Assembly: GCA_964622545.1 (NCBI GenBank)
Contig: CAZUQM010000022.1
Span: 40,080 to 104,079, forward strand
Direction of reading: 5' to 3'
Origin: an uncultured Planctomycetales bacterium
GTDB lineage: Bacteria > Planctomycetota > Phycisphaerae > UBA1845 > JAFGLZ01
Length of the DNA: 64,000 bases
The translations under genes were made by a program, and so were the position numbers. Numbering within the stretch: the first letter of the stretch is position 1; each line of letters starts with the position of its first letter. The notes under the pieces were generated by a model that saw only the letters and a list, made by a program, of their open reading frames with translations, was not told the DNA's origin and ran no database searches. Below, piece by piece: positions 28,937 to 37,459 of this stretch.

Positions 28937-29493
28937 TGCGTGTGGACGAACGGACAGAACGGTTGATCATGCGGCGGCTCGACGGCGAGCTCACCCCCGA
29001 CCAGGAGCGGGAGCTCAACCAGGTGCTGCTCACCTCCGCCGACGCCAGACGCCTGATGATCGAGTATCAGCAGGACGATGACCTGGCCCAGAACGTCGTG
29101 GCCGACGGCATCGACGGCGGATGGCCCGCCGACGAGTCGGCTCCGAGCGTCCCATCGTGGCGGACCCCCTCGTTCTGGCTACCGGTGACCGGCGGTCTCG
29201 CCGCCGCCGCCGTGATCGTGCTGGTGCTCCTCGGGCCCGACCGGTGGAACCAGGACCTGTCTCCTCAGCCCAGCGTGCCCCCTGCAGGACAGGCCGCCTC
29301 GAGCGACACCCCCGCGAGCCCGATCCGCCCGACGCCACAGCCGACACCCGCCATCCATGATCTACCGCACCTGGGAGAGCGTCACCTGGATCGCGAGGTG
29401 TTCGGCGTCATGAACGAGGCCGGCGATTCCATACTCCTCTTCGAAGTGAACCGGATGCGAACGCTTCGGATTCCTGTGACGGGGGACCTGTGA
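28933..29493 (+). CDS. Anti-sigma factor (single-pass membrane protein)
   Basis: 4-bp ATGA overlap with the sigma gene. RRLDGELTPDQERELNQVLL N-terminus and one TM helix (LAAAAVIVLVLL). Confidence 0.7.
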   Translation: MMRVDERTERLIMRRLDGELTPDQERELNQVLLTSADARRLMIEYQQDDDLAQNVVADGIDGGWPADESAPSVPSWRTPSFWLPVTGGLAAAAVIVLVLLGPDRWNQDLSPQPSVPPAGQAASSDTPASPIRPTPQPTPAIHDLPHLGERHLDREVFGVMNEAGDSILLFEVNRMRTLRIPVTGDL

Positions 29494-29530
29494 TCCAAGC
29501 CGCGACCGCCACCGCACGGAGGATCTGACC

Positions 29531-30841
29531 ATGACGCGAGACTTACGACAACTCACGGTAGCCACGGCCGGGACCCTGGCCGTGCTGATGGCGTCGGTGG
29601 CGCTGGCCGCGCACGCCCAGAAGGACCCTGCACACGCTGCGACCTCCGAAGCACACGCCGGCAAGGCCTGGCTCGGATGCCGCATCGGTCCAGTGCCCAC
29701 GCCGGTGGACAAGCAGCTCGGCCTCGGCGGCAAGGGCGCCATCATCCTCAACGTCGCCGTCGACAGCCCGGCCGACAAGGCCGGACTCGAACGCTACGAC
29801 GTCGTCGTCGCCATCGGGGACCAGACGGTGGCCTCGCCCGATGCTCTGATTCGCTCGATCGGCAAGCGCGCCCCCGGCGCCGTGGTCGACCTCAGCCTGA
29901 TGCGCAAAGGCGAGCTGACCAAGGTCAAGGTCACGCTTGCGGCGCCGACGCCATCGGGGAGCGAGACGTACAAGTATGACGAGTTGCCCGACGCCTACGT
30001 CGACGACCGCGTCGGCGTCCGCGGGCGGATCCTCAAGAAGGGGCCCAAGGGCTGGGAGATCGAGGACCTCGGCGACGTCACCGGCAGGCTGGACCTGGAC
30101 GAGTTCCTCGTGCCCGGTAGACGTCACGGTAGGCTGTGGCTCGATCGAGACCGAGGCAAGGTCACCAAGTTCCATGCCCGGGTGACCCGCGATGGCAAGA
30201 CCATCGAGGTCGTCGGGGACGGTGACGGCAAGATCACCGTTACGCGAAGCCCGGGGCGGGACGGCTCCGACGTGTCGGTGAAATCCTACGAGAGCCCCTT
30301 GAAGCTCAAGGCCGAAGACCCGGAGGCCTACGGCATCTTCCGCGAAGCCACGGACGGACAACGGCGGACGGTTCGGCTGCCCAAGCCGCCGATGGCGCGC
30401 CCTCAGGACAAGGGCTACGTGGAGCGATACCGCGATTGGCTCGAGCGGCTTTACGAGAACCTGCCGAGCTTCGACGACCGGGACCTGACCGAGCTGTATC
30501 GCCAGAAGCGCGACGCCTGGAGCAAGCACCTGGATGCCTGGAGCAAGCAGCTCCACGAAGAGCTCGAGCAGGCCAAGCGCGATCTCTTGAAAGACCTCGA
30601 GGCCGAGTTCGACAAGCGGCTGAAGGACATGGGCGGCGAGGGCTCCGAGACGGCCGATCCGCCTGGGGCGGCTCAGCAGCACGTGCCTGCCCTGCGGTTC
30701 GACATTGCCGCCGACGGCAAGGTGACGGTGCACATCACCAAGCCGCAAGGCGCTGTGACGATGGAGTTCAAGGACATGGATGATCTGAGAGCCAAGCGGC
30801 CGGACCTGCACGCTCGCTGCATGGAACTTCAGCAGCCATAG
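29531..30841 (+). CDS. Secreted PDZ domain protein with charged coiled-coil-like C-terminal region
   Basis: Signal peptide, then a PDZ core: GAIILNVAVDSPADKAGLERYDVVVAIGDQTV...VDLSLMRKGELTKVKVTL. Confidence 0.7.
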   Translation: MTRDLRQLTVATAGTLAVLMASVALAAHAQKDPAHAATSEAHAGKAWLGCRIGPVPTPVDKQLGLGGKGAIILNVAVDSPADKAGLERYDVVVAIGDQTVASPDALIRSIGKRAPGAVVDLSLMRKGELTKVKVTLAAPTPSGSETYKYDELPDAYVDDRVGVRGRILKKGPKGWEIEDLGDVTGRLDLDEFLVPGRRHGRLWLDRDRGKVTKFHARVTRDGKTIEVVGDGDGKITVTRSPGRDGSDVSVKSYESPLKLKAEDPEAYGIFREATDGQRRTVRLPKPPMARPQDKGYVERYRDWLERLYENLPSFDDRDLTELYRQKRDAWSKHLDAWSKQLHEELEQAKRDLLKDLEAEFDKRLKDMGGEGSETADPPGAAQQHVPALRFDIAADGKVTVHITKPQGAVTMEFKDMDDLRAKRPDLHARCMELQQP

Positions 30842-31184
30842 GACGGTGTTCAGGTCTCTGGGGATGACGTCGAGGCAGGGCCCGCGCGGATGGGTAGATC
30901 AACTGCTCGAGGACCTGTCAAGGCCTCGACCGGGTGTCCAGGGCCTCGTCGGTGCCGGATTCCGAGTGTAAGTTGTTATTCGAAAGGTAGTTGAAAAAAT
31001 AGAGGCGTGTTGGCTCGCCTTTTGCCGATACGGGGCCTAAGATGCAGTGCATCCAACAGGATGTGGTGTGAGGTGGGGCCGTAAACGGCTGAACCGGTGT
31101 CACCTGTAGGTTAGTTAGTGCAAGGCCGCCTTAGGGATATCTCATCTCGCCGCCAGGCGGGATCGTTCGGTCAGAGGGTGTGCC

Positions 31185-31871
31185 ATGCTTCGGAAGAAGC
31201 GAAGTGCCATGATGGATCGTGTCCTCATTGATGTCGCTACGCAGCGGGACTTCCTGGTCAGCAACGCGGCTCTGCCCGTTGAGAACCGTGCGGAGGTCAT
31301 GCCCAAGATCCGCACCATGATGGACTGGGCCAAGTCCCAGCGTATCCCCGTCGTCTCCTGCATCGAGGCCAAGCGGGCCGGCGATGATTGGCGTGGCCGA
31401 CCGCGCCACTGCATCGACGGGACCGCCGGACAGAAGAAGCTGCCCTTTACGCTGCTCAGCGATCGCATCGTCGTCGAGGCGGACAACAGCTTCGCCATGC
31501 CGATCGACCTGCTCAAGCGGACGCATCAGGTCATTTTCCGCAAGCGAACGGAGGACCTGCTCGGCAACCCCAAGGCCGACCGCCTGCTGAACGAGCTCGA
31601 CCCCGAGCGTTTCGTGCTGTTCGGCGTGGGGCTCGAATCCTGGCTTCGCATCCTCGCCCTGGGGCTGCTCGTCCGGCAGAAGCGTGTGACCGTCGTCCGA
31701 GACGCCTGCGGCTACTGGGACCCCGTCGCGGCCGACCTGGCCCTGCGGCAATTGGATGCCAAGGGCGTGCGCCTGGTCGATGCCGACGAGATGATCGTCT
31801 CCGAGCCGGTCGCCCCGGCACGCCGCAACAAGCCGATCCTCAGGAAGCTTACCGACGTCAAGAGTTCCTAA
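31185..31871 (+). CDS. Isochorismatase/cysteine hydrolase-like protein
   Basis: LIDVATQRDF resembles the family N-terminal motif (xxD-x-Q-x-DF), and HCIDGTAGQ resembles nicotinamidase-type HCxxGTxG. The catalytic Cys position is not obvious. Confidence 0.5.
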   Translation: MLRKKRSAMMDRVLIDVATQRDFLVSNAALPVENRAEVMPKIRTMMDWAKSQRIPVVSCIEAKRAGDDWRGRPRHCIDGTAGQKKLPFTLLSDRIVVEADNSFAMPIDLLKRTHQVIFRKRTEDLLGNPKADRLLNELDPERFVLFGVGLESWLRILALGLLVRQKRVTVVRDACGYWDPVAADLALRQLDAKGVRLVDADEMIVSEPVAPARRNKPILRKLTDVKSS

Positions 31872-32097
31872 CAGCCGCGCCGACGCAGGAGCGCGATGCG
31901 GTGATTCCGCGCGCAGACCGCACGCCGGCCATCCCGCCGAACGCCAACAGCTCCCAACCTCACCCGCTGGACGGATTCGGAGCGCTTTGACAACCGGGCC
32001 GTTCTGACCAGAATAGAGATCGCGAGCTAGTACTCGCCCGAGCCGCGAGAATGGTGTATGCTCTGGCGCGGGCGGAGGAGACCACGCACAGGCGGCG

Positions 32098-33651
32098 ATG
32101 ATGCAAGAGGTCGCGAAACCAGCACGTCATGCGGTGACGATCCTGCTGGCCGGTCTTGTCGTGTTGAGTCCGGCCGTCCACCTGCTCTGCGCCCAGACAC
32201 AGACCCAGCCGGCGTCCATGCCGCGCTTCCTCGTCGTCGACTTCACACCTGCCGACAAAAGCGATGAATCCTCCTGGGTCTGCCTGGCCGTCAGCGAAAT
32301 GCTCCGCGAGCGGCTTCGACGCGCCGGCAAGACCACGGCCGTGTCGGGCATGAGGACCACCGCCGTCCTGGCCCGCATGACCGAGCAGAACCCACCCCCC
32401 CAAGACCGAGTGTCCAAGATCGCAGGCATGCTCGGCTGCGATTGGGTCGTCTCAGGACGGGCCCGGCTGGACGATCAAGGCCGCTACGAGATCGGCTTGA
32501 CCCTGACGTCGGTGGGGGACCGGCAACAGCCCAAGAAGCAGGTTGTCGCCGCGGGGAGTCTCGGTCCGCTCGTCGATCGGGCCACGCAAGCGGTCGTCGC
32601 CCTGGCCGGGGTCGGACTGGCGCCGGACGACCTGAAGCGCGTGGACGAAATGACCGAAGGCTCCGACAGCGCGCTCGAATACTACGCCAAGGCCGTCCGG
32701 GCCGTCCGCCGCAGCAAGCCGCACGACGCGCTCTACTACCTCGCCCAGTCGCGTCGGTATCAGGACGATTTCAGGCCGGGCACCCGCTTGCTCGGACAGG
32801 TCAACCTCGCCGCCGGCAACCATCGCGAGGTGCTGATGATCTTTGAACGGCTCCTCCGCGAGGCCAAGCGGGCCGAAGACCCGGTGGATGAGGCCTTTGC
32901 CCTGACACAGATCGCCATCAGCCATCAGCGGATCGGGGATCTGGACGTCGCCAACAAGTACTACGAGGCCGCGCTCGACCAGGCCCGCAAGGCCAACCTC
33001 GAAGACATCGAGGCCATGCTGCTGGGGGCCATGGCCACCCTCCGCATCGACCAGAAGAGCAAGGACGATGCCCTCCGCCTCCTCCTGGAGCGGGTCAAGC
33101 TGCTCGAGAAGCAGGGGGATCGCCTGGCCATGGGACCCGCCTGCCTGACTATCGCGCTCGTCCTGGACGCCCGGAAGCAGCGAGACTACGCCCTGCAGTA
33201 TCTGGAGACCGCCGCCAAGCTCGCCGATGAGGTCGGCATCCCGGGCGACAAGGCCGCCGCCCTCTACCAGATGGCCCAACTCCACAAGGAATCGGGCAAG
33301 CTCGACGAGGCGCTCGCCGTCTATCGCGAGTCGATCAAGTACAGCAAGGAGGCCGAAGCCGGATCGGCCTACCGCGAGATCGCCGAGATCCTCGAGCAGC
33401 AGGGCAAGCTCGATGAGGCCCTGAGGATGCTTCGCAAGGCCGAGGCCGTCCTCTCCGAGCGAAAGGCCTACGTCCAACAAGCCGACTGCCTGGCCAAGAT
33501 CGCCCGGATCCAGGCCAAGCGAAACGACCACAAGACCGCGATGCGCACCATGACCGAGGCCGTCGAGATCCTTAGCGATCTGAACCATCGCTCGCTCGCG
33601 CGGTACGAGCAGGAGCTCTCGGAATTGCGCGCCAAGGCCGGGTCCCCATGA
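32098..33651 (+). CDS. Secreted tetratricopeptide (TPR) repeat protein
   Basis: Signal peptide followed by repeated A/L/Y-rich 34-residue-like units (ALEYYAKAV, ANKYYEAAL, ALQYLETAA, ALAVYRESI). Confidence 0.75.
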   Translation: MMQEVAKPARHAVTILLAGLVVLSPAVHLLCAQTQTQPASMPRFLVVDFTPADKSDESSWVCLAVSEMLRERLRRAGKTTAVSGMRTTAVLARMTEQNPPPQDRVSKIAGMLGCDWVVSGRARLDDQGRYEIGLTLTSVGDRQQPKKQVVAAGSLGPLVDRATQAVVALAGVGLAPDDLKRVDEMTEGSDSALEYYAKAVRAVRRSKPHDALYYLAQSRRYQDDFRPGTRLLGQVNLAAGNHREVLMIFERLLREAKRAEDPVDEAFALTQIAISHQRIGDLDVANKYYEAALDQARKANLEDIEAMLLGAMATLRIDQKSKDDALRLLLERVKLLEKQGDRLAMGPACLTIALVLDARKQRDYALQYLETAAKLADEVGIPGDKAAALYQMAQLHKESGKLDEALAVYRESIKYSKEAEAGSAYREIAEILEQQGKLDEALRMLRKAEAVLSERKAYVQQADCLAKIARIQAKRNDHKTAMRTMTEAVEILSDLNHRSLARYEQELSELRAKAGSP

Positions 33652-33736
33652 CCCGTCGCACGGGCCTCACAACGGCGTGGCGACCTCCTCCCGCCGCGTG
33701 CGTTCAAGTCGTCTCAGAAAATCCACGATAGTTCGC

Positions 33737-33776
33737 TTGACAGCGTCCCGAAGTTAGGGTATTGTTTGATACCTAA
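33737..33776 (+). promoter_or_regulatory. Strong candidate promoter (TTGACA-N17-TATTGT) overlapped by an inverted repeat (candidate operator)
   Basis: TTGACA at 33737-42, a 17-nt spacer, then TATTGT at 33760-65. The inverted repeat is TTAGGGTAT (33754-62), a 6-nt spacer, then ATACCTAA (33769-76). Confidence 0.5.
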
Positions 33777-34484
33777 CATTCGAAGAACAGCGCCCGGGTC
33801 CGTTGGCGCGGACGGTCGGGCAGGTGGAGATCGCGGCGTCCGAAGTGGGCGTGATCCCGCCAGGTCGAGGCGGGGGGCTCTTGGTTGTTCCGGCTTGCCG
33901 GAAATGGGCTGTTCTTCTAGCCGTGCCCGTGGTTGCCATGTAGCACTGCGACGGTCCTCGGCATCGTGGCCTGAGGTCATCTGCCGTTTGCTCGTCACGC
34001 TTCGTCGGCAACGCGACACGTTGTGGGTTGTCAATCGCACCATGCCGCCCGCAAGCGGCAGATGGGGTGGCCGGTGTCTTGGGACCAAGGGCACCTGCCG
34101 CCGATACGGGGAGGGTCGGGCTGACCCGGCACGTGAGGTGGCCAGGCTCTTTGCCTGGGCGTGTTGCCACTTGGCCCGGAGTGGATGGAAGCATCGATCG
34201 GAGGGTGAAGGCGGGTTCGCTACGCGGTCGGATCCGGGTCGGTCCGTCCTTGCCCCGGGCGGGGCCTCGGATGAGGACGGCCTTGTGGCTGCGGTGTCAA
34301 GCCGATGACACCCCGCAAGCGGCGCGAACCGGGCGTCCTGCGTCGGGCAGTGGCGGCCCGATCGGCGCGTAGGCACCTGAGCGGGGGTTGGCTTGTGGGC
34401 CGCCTGGCGCGGCGCACACGCCGGCAGGACTCGGCGTTCGGGTCTTGTCGGTCTCATCGAGGACCAAAACGGAGGTCGCGGACC
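33777..34484 (+). other. Long apparently non-coding, GC-rich leader or candidate structured RNA between the promoter and lexA
   Basis: All ORFs here are Arg/Gly/Cys/Trp-rich with atypical third-position usage. Many local hairpins occur, including two copies of CCCGCAAGCGGC. I saw no RNase P, tmRNA, SRP or tRNA signature. Confidence 0.3.
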
Positions 34485-35114
34485 ATGTCTCCAGCTCAAC
34501 GAGGCGTTGCCCACACCCAGCTCACACCCAAGCAGTTGGCCATTCTGACCTACTTGCGCGACTACGAACGCCAGCACGGCTACGCGCCGACCCTTCAAGA
34601 GGTCGCCGACCACTTCGAGGTCACCAAGGTGACCATCTTCGAGCATGTCAGCGTCCTCGAGCGCAAAGGCTACATCGACCGTTCCCCGCACAAGGCGCGG
34701 TCGCTCAAGCTCACCAACCAGGCCGAGTTCCCCGACGAGCGGCCCACCCGCGTGCCCTTGATGGGTCGCATCGCCGCCGGGGCCCCGGTCGAAGCCCTGC
34801 AAGACGAGCAGGCCCTGGACCTCGAGGAGATGCTGTCCGTCCGCGCAGAGACCTTCGCCCTTCAAGTCACCGGCGAGAGCATGATCGACGAGCAGATTCG
34901 AGACGGGGATTATGTCATCGTCGAACGGCGCAACACCGCGCGTAACGGCGAGACGGTTGTGGCCTTGCTCGACAGCGGTGAGACAACCCTGAAGAAGTTC
35001 TTCCGCGAGAAGGGACGCATCCGCCTCCAGCCGGCCAACGCGGCCCTCGAGCCGATCTACGTCGACGACGTCCGGATCCAAGGTGTCGTGGTGGGGGTCT
35101 TCCGCAGGTACTGA
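34485..35114 (+). CDS. lexA: LexA repressor (SOS regulator)
   Basis: GGAGG RBS then ATG at 34485. Winged-helix LTPKQLAILTYLRDYERQHGYAPTLQEVA, Ala-Gly cleavage site (RIAAGAP), and Ser/Lys dyad context (VTGESM ... TLKKF). Confidence 0.92.
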   Translation: MSPAQRGVAHTQLTPKQLAILTYLRDYERQHGYAPTLQEVADHFEVTKVTIFEHVSVLERKGYIDRSPHKARSLKLTNQAEFPDERPTRVPLMGRIAAGAPVEALQDEQALDLEEMLSVRAETFALQVTGESMIDEQIRDGDYVIVERRNTARNGETVVALLDSGETTLKKFFREKGRIRLQPANAALEPIYVDDVRIQGVVVGVFRRY

Positions 35115-35160
35115 TCGGTCAGTCGCCCGTCCCGACCGCCTCGGCGGTCCGCCTTCGCTG

Positions 35161-35826
35161 TCAGAGCACGCCGTACTTGTCGTACACGTCCTTGAGAAGC
35201 TTGCCCTCGAGCAGCTCCCGGCGGGTGTCGTTCTCGCTGGTGACCTTCTGATGGGCGATAGCGATGACCTCGTCCAACGCATCGGCCGGAAGGACCACCA
35301 CCCCGTCGATGTCGCCGAAGACGACGTCGCCGTTGCGCACGGTCACGCCTCCACAGCACACCGGCTCGTCGTAGCTGACCAGCTCGGTCCGCCCGGCCGA
35401 GTCGGTGGGCCGAAAGCCGGTGCAGAACACGGGGAAACCCATCTCCACGATCTGCCGCGTGTCTCGGATCAGCCCGTCAAGGACCACGCCCGTCGAGCCA
35501 CGCATCCGAGCGGCCGTGCTTAGAAGCTCGCCCCACGGCCCGCCGCGAGCGCCGGGAGGGACGTCGTGCACCGTCACCTCGTTCGGCTTGAGCGCGTCGA
35601 GCAGCTCGATCTCCTTGGCGTAGGGGTTGTCGCGCCGGTGGTGGACCTCCGCCCACCGCGCGGTACGCACGCGCCCCACGACCACCATGGCCTCCGACAC
35701 CGGGCGAATACGTGCCGCCATCGCCTGATCGACCAGGCCGATCGCGTCCATGCTGTCGCAGAGCACGCCCGTGTAGAACGTGCTCCGCATGAAGTCGAAG
35801 CGGGCTTGATCGTCGGTGAAATCCAT
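35161..35826 (-). CDS. RraA-family protein (RraA / 4-hydroxy-4-methyl-2-oxoglutarate aldolase-like)
   Basis: 221 aa. GVLCDSMD, GELLSTAARMRGSTGVVLDGLIRD and FGDIDGVVVLP are typical of the RraA/aldolase fold. Confidence 0.8.
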   Translation of the reverse strand: MDFTDDQARFDFMRSTFYTGVLCDSMDAIGLVDQAMAARIRPVSEAMVVVGRVRTARWAEVHHRRDNPYAKEIELLDALKPNEVTVHDVPPGARGGPWGELLSTAARMRGSTGVVLDGLIRDTRQIVEMGFPVFCTGFRPTDSAGRTELVSYDEPVCCGGVTVRNGDVVFGDIDGVVVLPADALDEVIAIAHQKVTSENDTRRELLEGKLLKDVYDKYGVL

Positions 35827-36002
35827 GTTGGCTCCTCAAGCAGGCCCGAAGCGGATGGCTACCGGTCGAACGCGCCGGCGGCGACGCAGACCATCTTAGC
35901 CTCGCCCTAGGCCCAGGCAAGCCGGGTGGGCTCGGCGCAGGACGTCGCGCGTCACGGGCCAAGCCGCAGGCCTGCCCGCGCGAACCGTACCCAGGGTCGG
36001 GG

Positions 36003-36572
36003 CTATTGGGTAGCGATGTTCAACAGGTCTTGCGCGTCGATGGATTGCTGATCGGCGTGCCGGGCTCGATGGACCAGCCACCCTCGGTCGGAACGGACGA
36101 ACTGCACTTCCCAGGTGGTCATGTTGTAGTCGTAAGGCCAATCGGGCGCGCGGACGCGCCCGTGAACCCGCACCCGCGCCGCGGCCGCATCACCGTCAAC
36201 CGTGATGGTCGCACGCACCACCTTGATCTCGTCGAACTCAGAACGCTCGAAAGCCGACGCAAGCTCGGCAAGCACCGTCGGTTTGTCCATGCCGTCGATG
36301 TCGCAGTCGTCGGCCAGCGCGGACCCAACGGCCTGAAGTCGCTCGGCGTCGACGGCCAGGGCGATCTCGTCCAGGAGCAGGGCGATCTGCTCACGATCGG
36401 TCACGACCACCTGCTGAACGATCAGCAGAACCGCCGATAACAGCATGCCGCCGACGGCGACCCAGCCGGTGGTCTTCGTCGGACGGAACCACCAGATCGT
36501 CGCCAACACGGCCAGCATCAGCGCCAGGGCGATGAGCAGCTTCAGCGGGCTCTCGAACAGGATGGGCGTCAT
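36003..36572 (-). CDS. Membrane-anchored hypothetical protein with NTF2/SnoaL-like C-terminal domain
   Basis: Two N-terminal TM helices, then a soluble domain of about 120 aa. No catalytic motif. Confidence 0.5.
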   Translation of the reverse strand: MTPILFESPLKLLIALALMLAVLATIWWFRPTKTTGWVAVGGMLLSAVLLIVQQVVVTDREQIALLLDEIALAVDAERLQAVGSALADDCDIDGMDKPTVLAELASAFERSEFDEIKVVRATITVDGDAAAARVRVHGRVRAPDWPYDYNMTTWEVQFVRSDRGWLVHRARHADQQSIDAQDLLNIATQ

Positions 36573-36708
36573 GGGGCCTCCAGTCTTCGGTTATCAGGAT
36601 GCGTCACGCACGCCCGCATTGTCAATGCCGCCCTGTCGGCCAACCTGCCTGCGACGCATGACGCGTCAGGCGGGTGCCTTTGCCGCTCATCGTCCAACCC
36701 AGCGAAAT

Positions 36709-36827
36709 CGGTCGACTTCCCAGCTTCGTTGCCGCCATCGTAGACGCGACGGTGAAGGAGCGTTGCTGTTCACGTGCCCCACCACACAGCTCGCTGACGG
36801 TCGCTGCTCTGATGGGCGTCTCGCCCT
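36709..36827 (+). repeat. Copy B of a ~120-nt hairpin-forming dispersed repeat (REP/MITE-like)
   Basis: Aligns by eye over about 110 nt with the reverse complement of 44021-44140. The shared core is GACGCGAC-GT-AAGGAGCGTTGCTGTTCA...CACACAGCTC...ACGGTCGCTGCTCTGA-GGGCGTCTCGCCCT. Confidence 0.8.
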
Positions 36828-36920
36828 GGCGAGCCCCGGTGCTTCGTAGCTTCAGCGACAGAGTAGCGCCCTGACGGGTGAGCCATAGTGTCGCGCGCGA
36901 AGAAGAGTCAACCGGTGTCG

Positions 36921-37200
36921 TCAGCTGCCCAAGGGCCGGAGGCCCGACGGTCTGTACCCCACGGCGTGAGCCGTGGGATTCGTGCGACCCTGGGAAGCAC
37001 GTAGCCCCGAGGACTGCCTTGTCATGACATCAGGGGTGGCAGAGCTTGCCCTCTCGGGCAAGCGATCCTGCTGAGGACCTGTCTCCGCCAAGGCTACACA
37101 GGCCAAGGGCTACGTCATGGGAACCCACGGGGCGGTGCGGGCGGCTCGGCGTGAGCCTCGTCCTCCCGTTGCAAGCCTACAAGCGGGGCCTGGCCGACGG
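36921..37200. repeat. Hairpin-dense non-coding block (second REP-like element type)
   Basis: Perfect 8-bp stem CCCACGGC-GTGA-GCCGTGGG (36958-36977, GNRA-type loop) and 7-bp stem CTTGCCC-TCTC-GGGCAAG (37045-37062). The translations are junk-like. Confidence 0.5.
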
Positions 37201-37271
37201 CAACCAGCTCGTTCAGCTCCATCGCTTCCTTCAAATCTCATTGTCAAGCGCAATAATTCCGACCATTTCTC

Positions 37272-37300
37272 TTGGCGCACTGCAATGTTTGGTGTATATT
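37272..37300 (+). promoter_or_regulatory. Candidate promoter (TTGGCG-N17-TATATT) for the ABC-GNAT operon
   Basis: TTGGCG at 37272-77, a 17-nt spacer, then TATATT at 37295-300, in a conspicuously AT-rich patch about 160 nt upstream of the GTG start. TTAGGGTAT follows at 37299-307. Confidence 0.45.
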
Positions 37301-37459
37301 AGGGTATCGGTCAGGACGGTATCGCCCGTAGCCTGCAGCGAACGGCGAACCCCTTCTGGTTGCAGGACAGCCCCGCCGGCCCCCGAGCCGGTGACCACGT
37401 GGGGCATCCGTTCGTATCAAACATCTCCTGAGGCGATGGACTTCGCATTGAGGTGAGCC

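Noticed and set aside
33777-34484. Possible RNase P RNA, tmRNA, SRP RNA or tRNA in the long gap
   Set aside because: I could not find the AGGAAAGUCCGG / ACAGAA RNase P blocks, a GGUUCGAnUCC T-arm with CCA end, or the SRP GGAAG-type motif on either strand. It remains an unclassified candidate only.
33714-35282. 522-aa minus-strand ORF, and the 180-aa plus-strand ORF (33766-34308), covering the lexA upstream gap
   Set aside because: Both are Arg/Gly/Cys/Trp-rich with many T-ending codons, unlike bona fide genes here. The minus ORF also runs antisense through lexA. The region is treated as non-coding.
37115-37222. 35-aa minus-strand mini-ORF (MELNELVAVGQAPLVGLQREDEAHAEPPAPPRGFP) with a GAAGGAAG RBS-like sequence
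   Set aside because: It lies entirely within hairpin-repeat material, its second half has junk-like composition, and no promoter spacing fits. Evidence is insufficient to call it.
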